Assembly: GCA_029287915.1 (NCBI GenBank)
Contig: JARFQE010000096.1
Span: 3,238 to 67,237, forward strand
Source: Arenicellales bacterium
GTDB taxonomy: Bacteria > Pseudomonadota > Gammaproteobacteria > BMS3Bbin11
Direction of reading: 5' to 3'
DNA length: 64,000 nt
The notes beneath the pieces are model-generated. The model worked only from the letters and a program-made list of their open reading frames with translations. It did no database searches and was not told the origin of the DNA. Numbering within the stretch: the first letter of the stretch is position 1; every line of letters starts with the position of its first letter. The position numbers were made by a program, and so were the translations under genes. Of this stretch, positions 39,812 through 51,185 are shown piece after piece.

Positions 39812-40478
39812 GCTGTTCTATCCACTCTATCAGCCCAGCAGGGTGGTCAATGCTGCCATCAGCCTGCCAAAGATTCGGATCATCATTTTCTTCTATGTAA
39901 CCGTATCGGGCGATCAGGGTCTGCATTCCCGCGCCTTTACCTGCCTTGATATCGCGTTCGGCATCACCCACGTAGACACATTCAGCGGCTTTACTGCCGG
40001 CAAGTTCTGCGGCATAAAACATTGGTGCAGGATCAGGTTTACTTGTCGGCAGAGTGTCTCCACTAACGATACATGCACATCGATGCTCAAGGGAAAGTTC
40101 CTGCATTAACGGTTTTGTCAGAAAATCCGGTTTATTGGTCACTACCCCCCATGTCAGCTTCCTTTTTTCAATGAAATCCAGCACTTCATCCATACCCTCA
40201 AACAACTTCGATTGATAGCACAGATGATTTCTGTAGATTTGTAGAAATTCCTGTCGTAATCCAGCAAATTCGGGGTCTGATTTTGTCAGTCCAAAAGCAA
40301 ACCCGAGCATACCAATAGTGCCATGAGAAACGTAGGGACGAATGCTCTCCAGACTTATTATTGGCAGCTGGTGATTTATCAGTAATCTATTCAGTGTCTC
40401 TGACAAATCAGGTGCGGTATCCACCAGTGTCCCATCGAGGTCGAACAGCACTGTTTTTATTGGGACAGGGTGACTCAT
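39804..40478 (-). CDS. HAD phosphatase (phosphoglycolate phosphatase / MupP-like)
   Basis: FDLDGTLVDTAPD, VTNKP, KPDPAP and YVGDAERD. Directly after ubiG, as mupP is in Pseudomonas. Confidence 0.88.
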   Translation of the reverse strand: MSHPVPIKTVLFDLDGTLVDTAPDLSETLNRLLINHQLPIISLESIRPYVSHGTIGMLGFAFGLTKSDPEFAGLRQEFLQIYRNHLCYQSKLFEGMDEVLDFIEKRKLTWGVVTNKPDFLTKPLMQELSLEHRCACIVSGDTLPTSKPDPAPMFYAAELAGSKAAECVYVGDAERDIKAGKGAGMQTLIARYGYIEENDDPNLWQADGSIDHPAGLIEWIEQRV

Positions 40479-40528
40479 GCTAGATACGTTTGTTCCAAAT
40501 CAGGCAGCTTGACCAGCCTGGCGCTTAT

Positions 40529-41233
40529 TCATGCAAGACAGCTCAGCAGGTAATTTACATCGACTCCAGGGCCCAGAGTATATCGACGGGTGAAAGGATT
40601 GTAATGCATGCCTGTCATAGCTCCAGTCTCGAGGCCTGCTGCACGGCACCAGCTCGCCAGTTCAGAAGGACGAATGAATTTGGCAAATTCATGGGTTCCT
40701 TTGGGCAGTAGGTTGAGAATATATTCCGCACCGACGATTGCCATAGCAAATGATTTTGGATTTCGGTTAATGGTTGAAAAAAAGGTCATGCCGCCTGGTT
40801 TAACCAGTTTTGCACAGGCCTGGATTACGGAAGCTGGGTCAGGAACATGTTCCAGCATTTCCATGCAGGTGACGATATCGTACTCCCCGGCATGTTTGTC
40901 AGCCATGTCTTCAGGGGTAATTTGTTGATAGTCGACCTGCTGGCCAGTTTCTTTCAGATGTAATTTGGCCACCTGCAATGGGGTGGGCGCCATATCTATG
41001 CCTGTTACATTGGCACCCATTGCCGCCATGCTTTCTGAAAGGATGCCACCACCACAGCCGATATCGATGACATTTTTTCCAGCCAGTGGTGCCTGATTAT
41101 TGATCCACTCCAGGCGTAGCGGATTGATCTCATGCAATGGCCTGAATTCACTCTCCGGATCCCACCAGCGACTGGCCAGCTGATCGAATTTTCCAATTTC
41201 AGCATGGTCGATATTAAATGTGTCTGTGGTCAT
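40529..41233 (-). CDS. ubiG: Ubiquinone biosynthesis O-methyltransferase
   Basis: [36 protein letters not shown] and STINR. Confidence 0.97.
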   Translation of the reverse strand: MTTDTFNIDHAEIGKFDQLASRWWDPESEFRPLHEINPLRLEWINNQAPLAGKNVIDIGCGGGILSESMAAMGANVTGIDMAPTPLQVAKLHLKETGQQVDYQQITPEDMADKHAGEYDIVTCMEMLEHVPDPASVIQACAKLVKPGGMTFFSTINRNPKSFAMAIVGAEYILNLLPKGTHEFAKFIRPSELASWCRAAGLETGAMTGMHYNPFTRRYTLGPGVDVNYLLSCLA

Positions 41234-41425
41234 AGTCCTGCCTGTTTGAAACAGCTGTACTCAATAGACAGTATATTAACAGGAAAGTGGCCGCTCAACT
41301 AACAGCAGTACTCCTGCAGGACTATAAAACGCTGAAGTCACGCAAAGCCGCAAAGCTCATAAAAGACAATTCGTTTCTGTGTCTTTTCGAAAGGTATATT
41401 GATTTTACTTCTTCAGGTGTTGTGG

Positions 41426-42739
41426 TCAGGAACTGAGTTTTTGTTGCCAGCCTCTGGCACGCTGTAGACAGTTTCCAATATCAAGTTGGGTTAACTGATG
41501 TTTTTCTACCAGCTGATTGCCGGCTACCCATACATCAGATACCTGCTGACGACTGGCAGCATAGATGACCTGTGAAATCGGATCATAGACTGGCTGACAG
41601 GCTGGATGGGAGAGGTCAATTGCTGTCATATCGGCCCATTTGCCTACCTCCAGCGAGCCAGTAACCTCAGCCAGACCCAGTGCTTTTGCACCGTTCAGAG
41701 TAGCCATTTCCAGTGCCTGGTATGCAGGCAGAGATTGTGGGTCGTGTGACACAGCTTTTGCCAGCAGAGCCGTGCTGCGCATTTCTTCCATCATGTCCAG
41801 ATCATTGTTGCTGGCAGCGCCGTCTGTGCCGATGCCAACATTGATGCCTTTGTCCAACAGTCTGGGGAGCGGGCAAAAGCCATTGGCCAGTTTCATGTTC
41901 GATTGTGGGCAATGCACTGCATTGATGCCATGTTCGGCAAGTAAATCAATTTCATCATCAAGCATGTGAACAAGGTGAACGGCAAGCAGGTTGGGGCCAA
42001 GAAGATTGATATCTTGAAGGCGTGCAATCGGGCGTTTGCCGAACTTCTCGATGGAATGCCTGATCTCATTGTCTGTTTCATGTAGATGGATATGTACGGG
42101 CAGGTCCAGCTCATCTGACAGCATACGGACTTTTTCCAGTGCCTGGCGGGAAACAGTATATGGGGAGTGAGGTGCCAGCGCAGCTGTAACCAGTTCGACA
42201 TGGCGCAGGTCGTCAAACAAAGCCAGACCCTTATCAAGATATTCATCAGCATTTGCTGCCCAGGGTGTGGGAAAGTCAAGCACAATAAGGCCCGTTACCG
42301 CTCGCATGCCGAGGCGATCAGCAGTACGGGCCATCACATCGGGAAAGAAATACATATCATTGAAACAGGTCGTGCCGCCTAGCAGCATCTCGGCGATAGC
42401 CAGTTCAACACCATCCTCAATAAATTGCTGATTAACCCATTTCTGTTCAGCTGGCCAGATATAATTATTCAGCCAGTCCATCAGTGGCTTGTCGTCCGCC
42501 AGACCACGCATCAGGCTCATCGCCGCATGGGTATGAGTATTGATCAAGCCCGGGATCAGGACATGGTTTTCCAGCGGCATGTGCTTTGTAGCGATATATC
42601 GATTACTGATTGCAGCCGTTGGCAGGATATCGATGATCATACCCTGGTTAACAACCAGGCTGTGATCCTGTAGACAGGTTTCTTTTGGTACGACAGGCAC
42701 CAGCCATTTTGGCGTAAGGATGAGATCTATTGTATCCAT
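41426..42739 (-). CDS. mtaD: 5'-methylthioadenosine/SAH deaminase (TRZ/ATZ amidohydrolase)
   Basis: HTHAAM, DMYF, PHSPY, HLHET and GTDGAASNN. Upstream of ubiG. Confidence 0.85.
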   Translation of the reverse strand: MDTIDLILTPKWLVPVVPKETCLQDHSLVVNQGMIIDILPTAAISNRYIATKHMPLENHVLIPGLINTHTHAAMSLMRGLADDKPLMDWLNNYIWPAEQKWVNQQFIEDGVELAIAEMLLGGTTCFNDMYFFPDVMARTADRLGMRAVTGLIVLDFPTPWAANADEYLDKGLALFDDLRHVELVTAALAPHSPYTVSRQALEKVRMLSDELDLPVHIHLHETDNEIRHSIEKFGKRPIARLQDINLLGPNLLAVHLVHMLDDEIDLLAEHGINAVHCPQSNMKLANGFCPLPRLLDKGINVGIGTDGAASNNDLDMMEEMRSTALLAKAVSHDPQSLPAYQALEMATLNGAKALGLAEVTGSLEVGKWADMTAIDLSHPACQPVYDPISQVIYAASRQQVSDVWVAGNQLVEKHQLTQLDIGNCLQRARGWQQKLSS

Positions 42740-42893
42740 TTAAAAGAGAATAGTTTATCGTGGTTAGATGAGAGTACCTTTGATGAGTCAATCAGGCAAG
42801 GCATAGAGTTTAAGTGCCGGGCTCCAGGTTCAAGGCCATGTGTTGAAGAACGCGGGTCGGTAGCAAACACTTTGCGATTCGGATTGTTTCGTT

Positions 42894-43841
42894 TTAGTCG
42901 GTAGATTTAAGCTTGATGATCTTTCTGTTTTTATCCATCTCGAACAGGTAATCTACCTTGCCAGGCAGCGTATCGAGCAGGTGTTCAGTGATGCGCTGGT
43001 AGTGTTGTATAAAGCGCTCAACCCCACTTTCATCCATGACCTGGTTATCGCCTGTACCTGAAGTTGAGTCTGACAATGAATTTCTGAGCTTGTTCTCCTG
43101 TTCCAGACGCCATTGATAGACACAGTCGAAGGAGGGGGCTTTCAGCATGATCCATATATCAATCATGTTGAATAAATCCTGATAAAGTCCCCCAAGCTGC
43201 CGGTTGACATAATTTCTCCAGATGGCATCAGGATCTTCTTCTTTTTCCAGCTTATTGATGGGTTCCAGTAGATCTTCTTCTGGCTGTTGTTCAGCACCGA
43301 GACACCAGCCTTCCAGAATAATTATATCGGCACTCGTAGATATCTGATCCCAGTTTTGTTCTGCAACACGGTCATCAGTTGCCTTATCAAAGCGCGGAAT
43401 GAATGTAGTGCCGGCAACATCACAGAGACTATGTATGATATTCATTGCCAGGCCAACATCATGAGTACCGGGTACGCCTCGCGTTGCTAGCAACGGATGT
43501 ACGCTTTTTGATAGCACCTCTCGTTGCTGACGGGTAAGATAAAAATCATCAATCGAAAGCACAACGACATTCAGCTGATATTTTTTACTGAATAAATATG
43601 CAAGCAAATCGGCCAGCGTACTTTTACCTGATCCCTGCGCTCCATTGATCCCTAAAATTGTCGTTTTGCTGGATTTCTTTTGTTTTTCTCCAATAGCCTT
43701 TGCCAGCGGAAAAAACCAGCGCTTTGCTTCATCGACATAGAGCTGCGGGAGTTGGTGCTGGCTTATGAAATCATGCAGTTCTGTTGTTTGTATTATTTGT
43801 TCTTTATCCAACTTGAGGTTTCCATTGATGACGGCCATCAT
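42894..43841 (-). CDS. P-loop kinase, D-glycerate 3-kinase (GLYK)-like
   Basis: GAQGSGKST, SIDDFY, RGVPGTHD, PRFDKATDDR, EGWC and WRLEQE. Start trimmed to avoid overlap with the divergent gene. Confidence 0.8.
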   Translation of the reverse strand: MMAVINGNLKLDKEQIIQTTELHDFISQHQLPQLYVDEAKRWFFPLAKAIGEKQKKSSKTTILGINGAQGSGKSTLADLLAYLFSKKYQLNVVVLSIDDFYLTRQQREVLSKSVHPLLATRGVPGTHDVGLAMNIIHSLCDVAGTTFIPRFDKATDDRVAEQNWDQISTSADIIILEGWCLGAEQQPEEDLLEPINKLEKEEDPDAIWRNYVNRQLGGLYQDLFNMIDIWIMLKAPSFDCVYQWRLEQENKLRNSLSDSTSGTGDNQVMDESGVERFIQHYQRITEHLLDTLPGKVDYLFEMDKNRKIIKLKSTD

Positions 43842-43907
43842 AGCCTTTAAATGACTTGTTAATACTTTACATCTTTTCTTGAAATTGATTAACCGGGTAA
43901 ACCAAAT

Positions 43908-44633
43908 ATGCGCGTTCATATTCTTCAACATGTAGCCTTCGAAGGGCCTGCAGCAATAGAAAAATGGCTCATAGACAGGAACTATACATTTACAATCACG
44001 AAGTTTTTCCAGCGTGACTCGCTACCAGCACAAGATGATTTTGATGTACTTATCGTAATGGGTGGTCCGATGGGGGTGGAAGATTGCCAGCAATATCCAT
44101 GGCTGGTTGAAGAAAGACAGTTCATTCAGGAATCGATCAAAAGGGACAAATATATCCTGGGTATCTGTCTCGGTGCACAATTGATTGCTCGTGCCTGCGG
44201 TGCAAGGGTAACTAAAAACAAATACAGGGAGATAGGCTGGTTTGATATCTCAATAATAGAGGAGAACCTGCCAGAAATACTAAAGGGTGTTTTTCCGGAA
44301 AACACGGAAGTTTTCCACTGGCATGGTGATATCTTTGAAATACCACAGGGAGCGATACATTTTGCTGCAAGCGAAGCCTGTGCTTATCAGGGTTTCGTAC
44401 TTAATGGCAGGGTGATAGCTTTGCAGTTTCATATAGAAACTACAAAGGATTCTGCTGCTTTGCTCGTGCAAAATTGTAGACATGAGCTCGATAGCTCAAG
44501 CTATGTGCAATCAGAAGAACAAATCCTTGCTGATTCAACAAGCTTTAACAGGATAAACCAGATGTCGTCCAGATTGATGGAGAATATTGCAGAAACTTAT
44601 ACTTCTCCCACTTCAGGAAATAAAATCGATTGA
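43908..44633 (+). CDS. Class I glutamine amidotransferase-like protein
   Basis: QHVAFEG, MGGPM, GICLGAQ, WHGD and QFHIE triad motifs. Confidence 0.9.
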   Translation: MRVHILQHVAFEGPAAIEKWLIDRNYTFTITKFFQRDSLPAQDDFDVLIVMGGPMGVEDCQQYPWLVEERQFIQESIKRDKYILGICLGAQLIARACGARVTKNKYREIGWFDISIIEENLPEILKGVFPENTEVFHWHGDIFEIPQGAIHFAASEACAYQGFVLNGRVIALQFHIETTKDSAALLVQNCRHELDSSSYVQSEEQILADSTSFNRINQMSSRLMENIAETYTSPTSGNKID

Positions 44634-44856
44634 TGCCTGGTTGACCACCGCTAAGCATTCCATAGCAGAGAAATCAATGCATGATGAAATTGTTTAATTT
44701 TATAACGACGGGCCAGTCTACCGTGAAGAATAGAAGGAGATATCAATCCCCCGAGAAACGAATCACTGTACTATTACCTGCTTCTCGGGAAATCGTTAAA
44801 CACCTGAATTTAATGTGAAAGATTCAATAAAGATTCAATATAGTGTCGGCAGTCAG

Positions 44857-45327
44857 CTAGTGAACATGTCCATGAGATACTTCTTCCTCTGTGGCTTCCC
44901 TGACACTGACTATTTCTACATCAAAATTCAGCGTGACACCGGCTAATGGGTGATTGGCATCAATGGTGACTTCTTCACCTTCGACGCTCTGCACGACTAT
45001 GTGCTGTACGGTGCCGTCCGCTGCCTGTGCCTGAAATGACATCCCGGGCTCCACAGATTCTATTCCCTGAAAGGCGGCCTTTTCGACAACCTGTATCAGC
45101 TCTGACATGACTTCTCCATAAGCCTCGGCAGGTTCAACCTTCACCTGTTCAGTATCACCAGCTACTTTTCCTACCAACGCCTTCTCCAGGCCGGGAATAA
45201 TATTTCCCGCACCGTGCAAATAAGTCAATGGCTCAGCACCTTCTGAGCTATCGAGTACATTTCCTTCGTCATCAGTTAGTGTGTAATGCATGCTTACAAC
45301 TAAATTATCACCTATCAATAAAGACAT
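44857..45327 (-). CDS. slyD: FKBP-type peptidyl-prolyl isomerase, SlyD-like with short His tail
   Basis: AGGAG RBS, YLHGAGNIIPGLE, DANHPLAG and C-terminal HGHVH. Confidence 0.88.
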   Translation of the reverse strand: MSLLIGDNLVVSMHYTLTDDEGNVLDSSEGAEPLTYLHGAGNIIPGLEKALVGKVAGDTEQVKVEPAEAYGEVMSELIQVVEKAAFQGIESVEPGMSFQAQAADGTVQHIVVQSVEGEEVTIDANHPLAGVTLNFDVEIVSVREATEEEVSHGHVH

Positions 45328-45532
45328 AGAATCTCCTGGTTCTGTTATGTCATTCAATCTAAATTTATCGGAGTTACAGGGTTACAACATACATTTTCTT
45401 GCACCTAAATGCCAATATTTTCTCTAAATTGAATTCCCATTAGCCCCTTTTTAACTTTTAACACCGCTTTTGTGTCACTGATGTCTGCAAAATTTATTAG
45501 GTGCCTGTCAATTTCCGCGAATAAATTATTGC

Positions 45533-45564
45533 ACTCCATATCTTGTGGAACATATCTTGTGGAA
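45533..45564. promoter_or_regulatory. Tandem 14-bp direct repeat resembling NrdR boxes
   Basis: CATATCTTGTGGAA occurs twice (45537-45564). ACTCCATATCTTGTGG resembles acaCwAtATaTwGtgt. Confidence 0.4.
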
Positions 45565-45756
45565 GATGAACAGAATCCAGATTTATAAAAAACGTAATCT
45601 AAATATTGGATGGGATGGTCAGATGATAGAAATTTTTAGAGAACCTTATTTACCCTGATAAATGGTTTGCCTTTTACATCTTGCGCCGGCTGATGACTAC
45701 TGAACCCGTTTAAAGTTGGTTGATATGCCATTTTCAAAAAATTCTTTTTATTGAAT

Positions 45757-45774
45757 TAATACCTCGAGGTATTA
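45757..45774. promoter_or_regulatory. Perfect 18-bp palindrome (candidate operator)
   Basis: TAATACCTCGAGGTATTA lies in the divergent slyD / FMN-reductase spacer. Confidence 0.5.
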
Positions 45775-46026
45775 CGGGTTATTGGTTTTATTTGAGTCTC
45801 AGATGCTAGAATTCAATGCAGTTTAAATCATCTAACCCTCAGTTAAAGAAGGAAATATCAGGGTGGAGAAGAAAATAAACAAGCTGTTCAGATTGCGACT
45901 GCGATCAAACTGCAAAAAAAATTCTGCTGTCTGCAAGTAAGTGATCCAAATAATGATAGTTATAAGCTGCCTTGAGAAAATCTTCCGGTGTTTTCGCCGG
46001 CAGCGGAACAAAAGGAATGATTCTAG

Positions 46027-46653
46027 ATGGAAAACGGAGCAAAGATAGGCATCATCAGCGGTAGTCATCGCATAAATTCACAGAGTGAAAAGGTATCACG
46101 ATTTATAGAGACGAGCCTGAAAGGCAAAGATCAATGCAAAAACACCTGGTTATTCAAGCTTGCCGACAACCCATTGCCACTCTGGGATGAAGGCATCTGG
46201 GATAAGGAGCAGGTGTGGGAAGATCGTCTCAACCCCATTCGCGAAGAGCTTCGGTCCTGCGATGGACTGGTGGTTGTTTCTCCAGAATGGCATGGCCAGG
46301 TACCAGCAGGATTAAAGAACTTTTTCCTCATGATCAACCGCTTCGATGTTGGTCACAAGCCTGCAATGATAGTCACCGTCTCCTCTGCTGATGGCGGTGC
46401 CTATCCGGTTGCCGAGTTACGCATGAGCAGCTACAAGAACAATCGTATCTGTTATATCCCTGAACATGTCATTGTGCGTAATGTAGAGAGTGTATTGAAT
46501 GAAAATCCAGCAGATAATAATGAAGGCGCTGATAGTTATTTTCGTGAACGAATAAACTGGACGCTGGATGTTCTACTGGCTTATGCCGAGGCATTGAAAC
46601 CGCTAAGAGAGGCGGGGATTACTCTACATGATAAGTTTGGTAATGGTATGTAG
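46027..46653 (+). CDS. NAD(P)H-dependent FMN reductase family (flavodoxin-like)
   Basis: ISGSHRINSQS, SPEWHG..PAGLKN and HKPA. Confidence 0.85.
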   Translation: MENGAKIGIISGSHRINSQSEKVSRFIETSLKGKDQCKNTWLFKLADNPLPLWDEGIWDKEQVWEDRLNPIREELRSCDGLVVVSPEWHGQVPAGLKNFFLMINRFDVGHKPAMIVTVSSADGGAYPVAELRMSSYKNNRICYIPEHVIVRNVESVLNENPADNNEGADSYFRERINWTLDVLLAYAEALKPLREAGITLHDKFGNGM

Positions 46654-46726
46654 GTGGCACGTTCGACCATTATTGACGGCTAAACAAGCGAACTAGTATT
46701 CAACAGCATAAGGAAGCCTGAATCTC

Positions 46727-47764
46727 TTGACATCAAATGATTCCGTATCGGCCATAAAATGGCAAAACGATCACCTGTTGCTGCTGGACCAGCGACGGCT
46801 GCCGCATGAAGTCGTCTGGCTGCCTATCAACAATGCTACAGAAACGGCGGATGCTATTCGTGATATGGTCGTACGCGGCGCACCTGCAATCGGTATTACT
46901 GCTGCCTATGGTATCGTCATGGCAGCTAGAGAGCATTTTTTTCGATCACCTGAGGACTGGCTGTCAACGATCCAGTCAGATCTGGAGCTATTGCGCAAGG
47001 CAAGGCCGACCGCCGTCAATCTCGCCTGGGCCATTGACAGGATGAGTGGTTTATTCAATCGCATTGATGGTGACCCTGTAGCAATTTTGTTTGCTGAAGC
47101 CAAAGCCATCCATGAAGAAGACATTGCCGCCAATCGTCGCATGGGCGAACTGGGTGCTGAATTAATTACATCAGGCAATGGGGTACTGACACATTGTAAT
47201 GCTGGTAGCCTTGCAACCGGTGGTTATGGCACGGCGCTTGGTGTCATTCGTAGTGCCTGGCAGCAAAAGCGTATCAATGCTGTCTATGCCGATGAAACGC
47301 GTCCCTGGTTGCAGGGCGCCAGGTTGACCGCCTGGGAGCTGATGGAAGACGGAATACCGGCAAAGCTTGTGGTTGAAGGAGCGGCCTCCGCCCTGATGGC
47401 GAGCGACAGGATAGGCTGGGTCATAGTCGGCTCAGATCGTATCGCAGCCAATGGTGATGTTTGTAACAAGATAGGGACCTGCAATCTTGCCATAATCGCA
47501 CGGCACTATGGTGTTAAATTCATGGTTGTGGCACCGGTTTCAAGCTGTGATCCAAAAATGCCTTCGGGTCAGGATATCCCGATAGAGAGCCGTGATTCGA
47601 ATGAAATACTTTCATTGGGAGAGCAGCGGATTGCGGCGGCAAGCGCCACAGCCTGGAATCCGGTTTTCGATATCACCCCGGCCGCTCTTGTTGATGCACT
47701 AGTGACCGAGAAAGGAGTAATAAGGCAGCCAGATGCTGACAAGATGAGGGCGTTATGGAATTGA
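46727..47764 (+). CDS. mtnA: S-methyl-5-thioribose-1-phosphate isomerase
   Basis: [36 protein letters not shown] and NKIGT. Confidence 0.95.
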   Translation: MTSNDSVSAIKWQNDHLLLLDQRRLPHEVVWLPINNATETADAIRDMVVRGAPAIGITAAYGIVMAAREHFFRSPEDWLSTIQSDLELLRKARPTAVNLAWAIDRMSGLFNRIDGDPVAILFAEAKAIHEEDIAANRRMGELGAELITSGNGVLTHCNAGSLATGGYGTALGVIRSAWQQKRINAVYADETRPWLQGARLTAWELMEDGIPAKLVVEGAASALMASDRIGWVIVGSDRIAANGDVCNKIGTCNLAIIARHYGVKFMVVAPVSSCDPKMPSGQDIPIESRDSNEILSLGEQRIAAASATAWNPVFDITPAALVDALVTEKGVIRQPDADKMRALWN

Positions 47765-47964
47765 GGCCGTGATGTGCGTCGATGGCTGCACAAGTTTATA
47801 TTTATTTATAATAAGACAGGATGACTAATTATTGCGAGTTTCCTGTGTAAACTTCTTTGTTTTATTTTCTTTCAGGCAGCTGTACCCGTAATTTGAATAC
47901 CTTGCCAACGGGGAGACCCAGCACAACAGGAAACCACTATTACGAGTTGAGTTCTGGCACCTGG

Positions 47965-48444
47965 TTAATTCTGGGCCACACCGTCTGACGGACAGTTTTC
48001 ATTGACCTCGATCATCCAGCGAACCACAGCCATTCGCGTCACCACACCGAGATATTCGCCTTCATTGGCGACAAACAGATAGCTGCAATTGTTCTTCTCC
48101 ATAATAGCAATTGCCCTGAGTAGGGTTGAATCTGGTTTAATCGAATAGAATTTTGGAATTACATATGGGTCTACCACCTGACACAATACTTCCCTGGCCT
48201 TGGCTTCAGCATCCTCAATACAGGTCAGCTTGTCACTGAGCACATAGGCGAGTTCAACCATGTACTCAGGAAGGCATGAACGTTTCAGCGTATCTCTGAT
48301 ACTGATCCGGCCTTCGAGTTCACCATTCCTGTCCCGATACGGAATTGCGGGCACCTGGGCGTGAACACATTCCCTGAAGACATCTTTCACCAGCATCCCT
48401 TCTGTGGCGATAGTCGTTGGTATAGTAATATCTTCCACTTTCAT
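47965..48444 (-). CDS. CBS-pair protein
   Basis: Two CBS-like units (IPYRD..GELEGRIS and LFVANEGEYLGVVT), downstream of the transporter. Confidence 0.75.
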   Translation of the reverse strand: MKVEDITIPTTIATEGMLVKDVFRECVHAQVPAIPYRDRNGELEGRISIRDTLKRSCLPEYMVELAYVLSDKLTCIEDAEAKAREVLCQVVDPYVIPKFYSIKPDSTLLRAIAIMEKNNCSYLFVANEGEYLGVVTRMAVVRWMIEVNENCPSDGVAQN

Positions 48445-48508
48445 CTCGACTGCCTTTTAAATTGGGTTCTCATTTCAACAAACGGCTTGCAGTTCATTTT
48501 GATACTCC

Positions 48509-49852
48509 CTACAGGTAGCGTAAATAAACATAGACTGAAGCGATGGCGACAGTCACCAGCATCATAGGGAACGCTACCAGCATGAAGTGCAGGAAATTGA
48601 TTCTGTGCCCCGCTCTTTCGGCGAAACCGGCGACAATCAAATTGGCACTGGCGCCGACCAGGGAACCATTGCCACCAAGACAGGCCCCCATTGCCAGTGA
48701 CCACCATAAAGGTAACAGCTGTTCTGAGCCGCCAAAGGCTGGTGCCATGCTCTTGATCAATGGAATCATAGTCGCAACAAAGGGTATGTTGTCAACAATT
48801 GCTGAGAATATGGCCGAGCTCCAGATGATTGTCATGGACGTCACCGCCATCTCTCCGCCAGTAAACTCGATCATATGCTCTGCCAGCACCTCTAATACCC
48901 CTGCACGCTCTATGCCGTGCACGAGAACAAACAGGCCAACGAAAAAGAAAATCGTAATCCACTCCACCTCACCAAAAATATGATGAACACGCTCTGACTG
49001 TTTATCCGCCCTGGAACGGATGTTCACCAACAGCAACAGGATAGCCGCACCAAAAAGGGCAATAGTGGCCGGTTCCAGCCCCAGTGGATGCGCCAGCACG
49101 AAACTCAGGATCACCAGCGCGAGGACAGACATCGATTTCTTGAGCAAGGGGATATCAGTAATTGCCTCACGCTCACGGAATGACAATATACGTTCCCTGT
49201 CTTCGTCCGTTGCTGTCAGCCCACGTCCCCAGATGACATAGATAATGATTAGTGTAACGGCAAGAATCAGCGGCATTACAGGTGCCATATTGAGTAGAAA
49301 ATCGTTGAAGCTCAGCCCTGCGGCTGAGCCGATCATGATATTTGGCGGGTCGCCGATCAGGGTTGCAGCACCGCCAATATTCGAGGATATGATTTCCGCA
49401 AACAGATAGGGATAGGGTGAAACTTTTAATTCCCCGGTTATCAGCAGGGTAACCGGTACGATCAACAGCACAGTAGTGACGTTATCCAGCAACGCAGAAA
49501 ATACAGCAGTGACCACCGACAGCATCAGCAGAATCGGCCATGGGCGTGCCGCTACCTTTTTGGCTGTCCAGATTGCAACAAACTGGAATACACCACAACG
49601 TCGTGTTATAGCGACAATGACCATCATACCTGTTAACAGGCCAAGGGTATTGAAATCAATACCACTGATTGCAGCTTCCTGATTCAGTACACCGAGCACA
49701 ACCATAAGGGCGGCTCCCAGACCTGCAACGATGGCACGGTTAACCTTATCGCTGATAATGACAAGATAAGTTGATACGAACAGAACGATGGAAACCCAGA
49801 ACGGGTCTAAACCGAAAACTACGTTTGATACTGCATGACTGTTCTCTATCAC
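48509..49852 (-). CDS. ArsB/NhaD (IT superfamily) transporter
   Basis: SALLDNVTT, SNIGGAATLIGDPPN, SAIVDNIP and GACLGGNG. Confidence 0.9.
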   Translation of the reverse strand: MIENSHAVSNVVFGLDPFWVSIVLFVSTYLVIISDKVNRAIVAGLGAALMVVLGVLNQEAAISGIDFNTLGLLTGMMVIVAITRRCGVFQFVAIWTAKKVAARPWPILLMLSVVTAVFSALLDNVTTVLLIVPVTLLITGELKVSPYPYLFAEIISSNIGGAATLIGDPPNIMIGSAAGLSFNDFLLNMAPVMPLILAVTLIIIYVIWGRGLTATDEDRERILSFREREAITDIPLLKKSMSVLALVILSFVLAHPLGLEPATIALFGAAILLLLVNIRSRADKQSERVHHIFGEVEWITIFFFVGLFVLVHGIERAGVLEVLAEHMIEFTGGEMAVTSMTIIWSSAIFSAIVDNIPFVATMIPLIKSMAPAFGGSEQLLPLWWSLAMGACLGGNGSLVGASANLIVAGFAERAGHRINFLHFMLVAFPMMLVTVAIASVYVYLRYL

Positions 49853-50106
49853 GTATTCATTACCTGAACCTGATGATGTAACGGTAGTCTCAAGAGGATG
49901 ACCTGTTATTCGAAGGGGAAACTTTCATGCATAGTACTTATCGAACTGCAAAGCTTCAACAAAAAGAATTACGATTATATGGCTGAATATAAGTCAACAG
50001 GCATTTTTAACATTTCGTGCATGAAGATGCAGATGTCAACAATTGCATATTGATGTAGATTATTGAACCACTAAATACATCGAATTACTCATCAACCTGC
50101 TCCTGA

Positions 50107-51066
<960 letters not shown>

Positions 51067-51111
51067 AAAAGTTTCAACTTACAGATTGGATGGTTTTGGG
51101 GTTTCCAAAAA

Positions 51112-51138
51112 CTCTGTGTTCTCTGTCAGCTCTGTGTT
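51112..51138 (+). repeat. Three degenerate 9-bp tandem units (CTCTGTGTT)
   Basis: CTCTGTGTT-CTCTGTCAG-CTCTGTGTT, following a TTTTGG/CCAAAA hairpin. Confidence 0.55.
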
Positions 51139-51185
51139 AAATATAAGACGTTTAATGAACAGCAGTAATTGAAGGAGTTTGTACA

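Noticed and set aside
43842..43931. Apparent head-to-head overlap between the kinase and GATase genes
   Set aside because: Artefact of longest-ORF calling. A downstream kinase start (43841 or later) removes the overlap.
45685..45705. GCTGATGACTAC resembles the 3' end of a fluoride riboswitch
   Set aside because: No GATGG-type 5' stem with matching pseudoknot lies at a suitable distance, and no fluoride-related gene is directly downstream.
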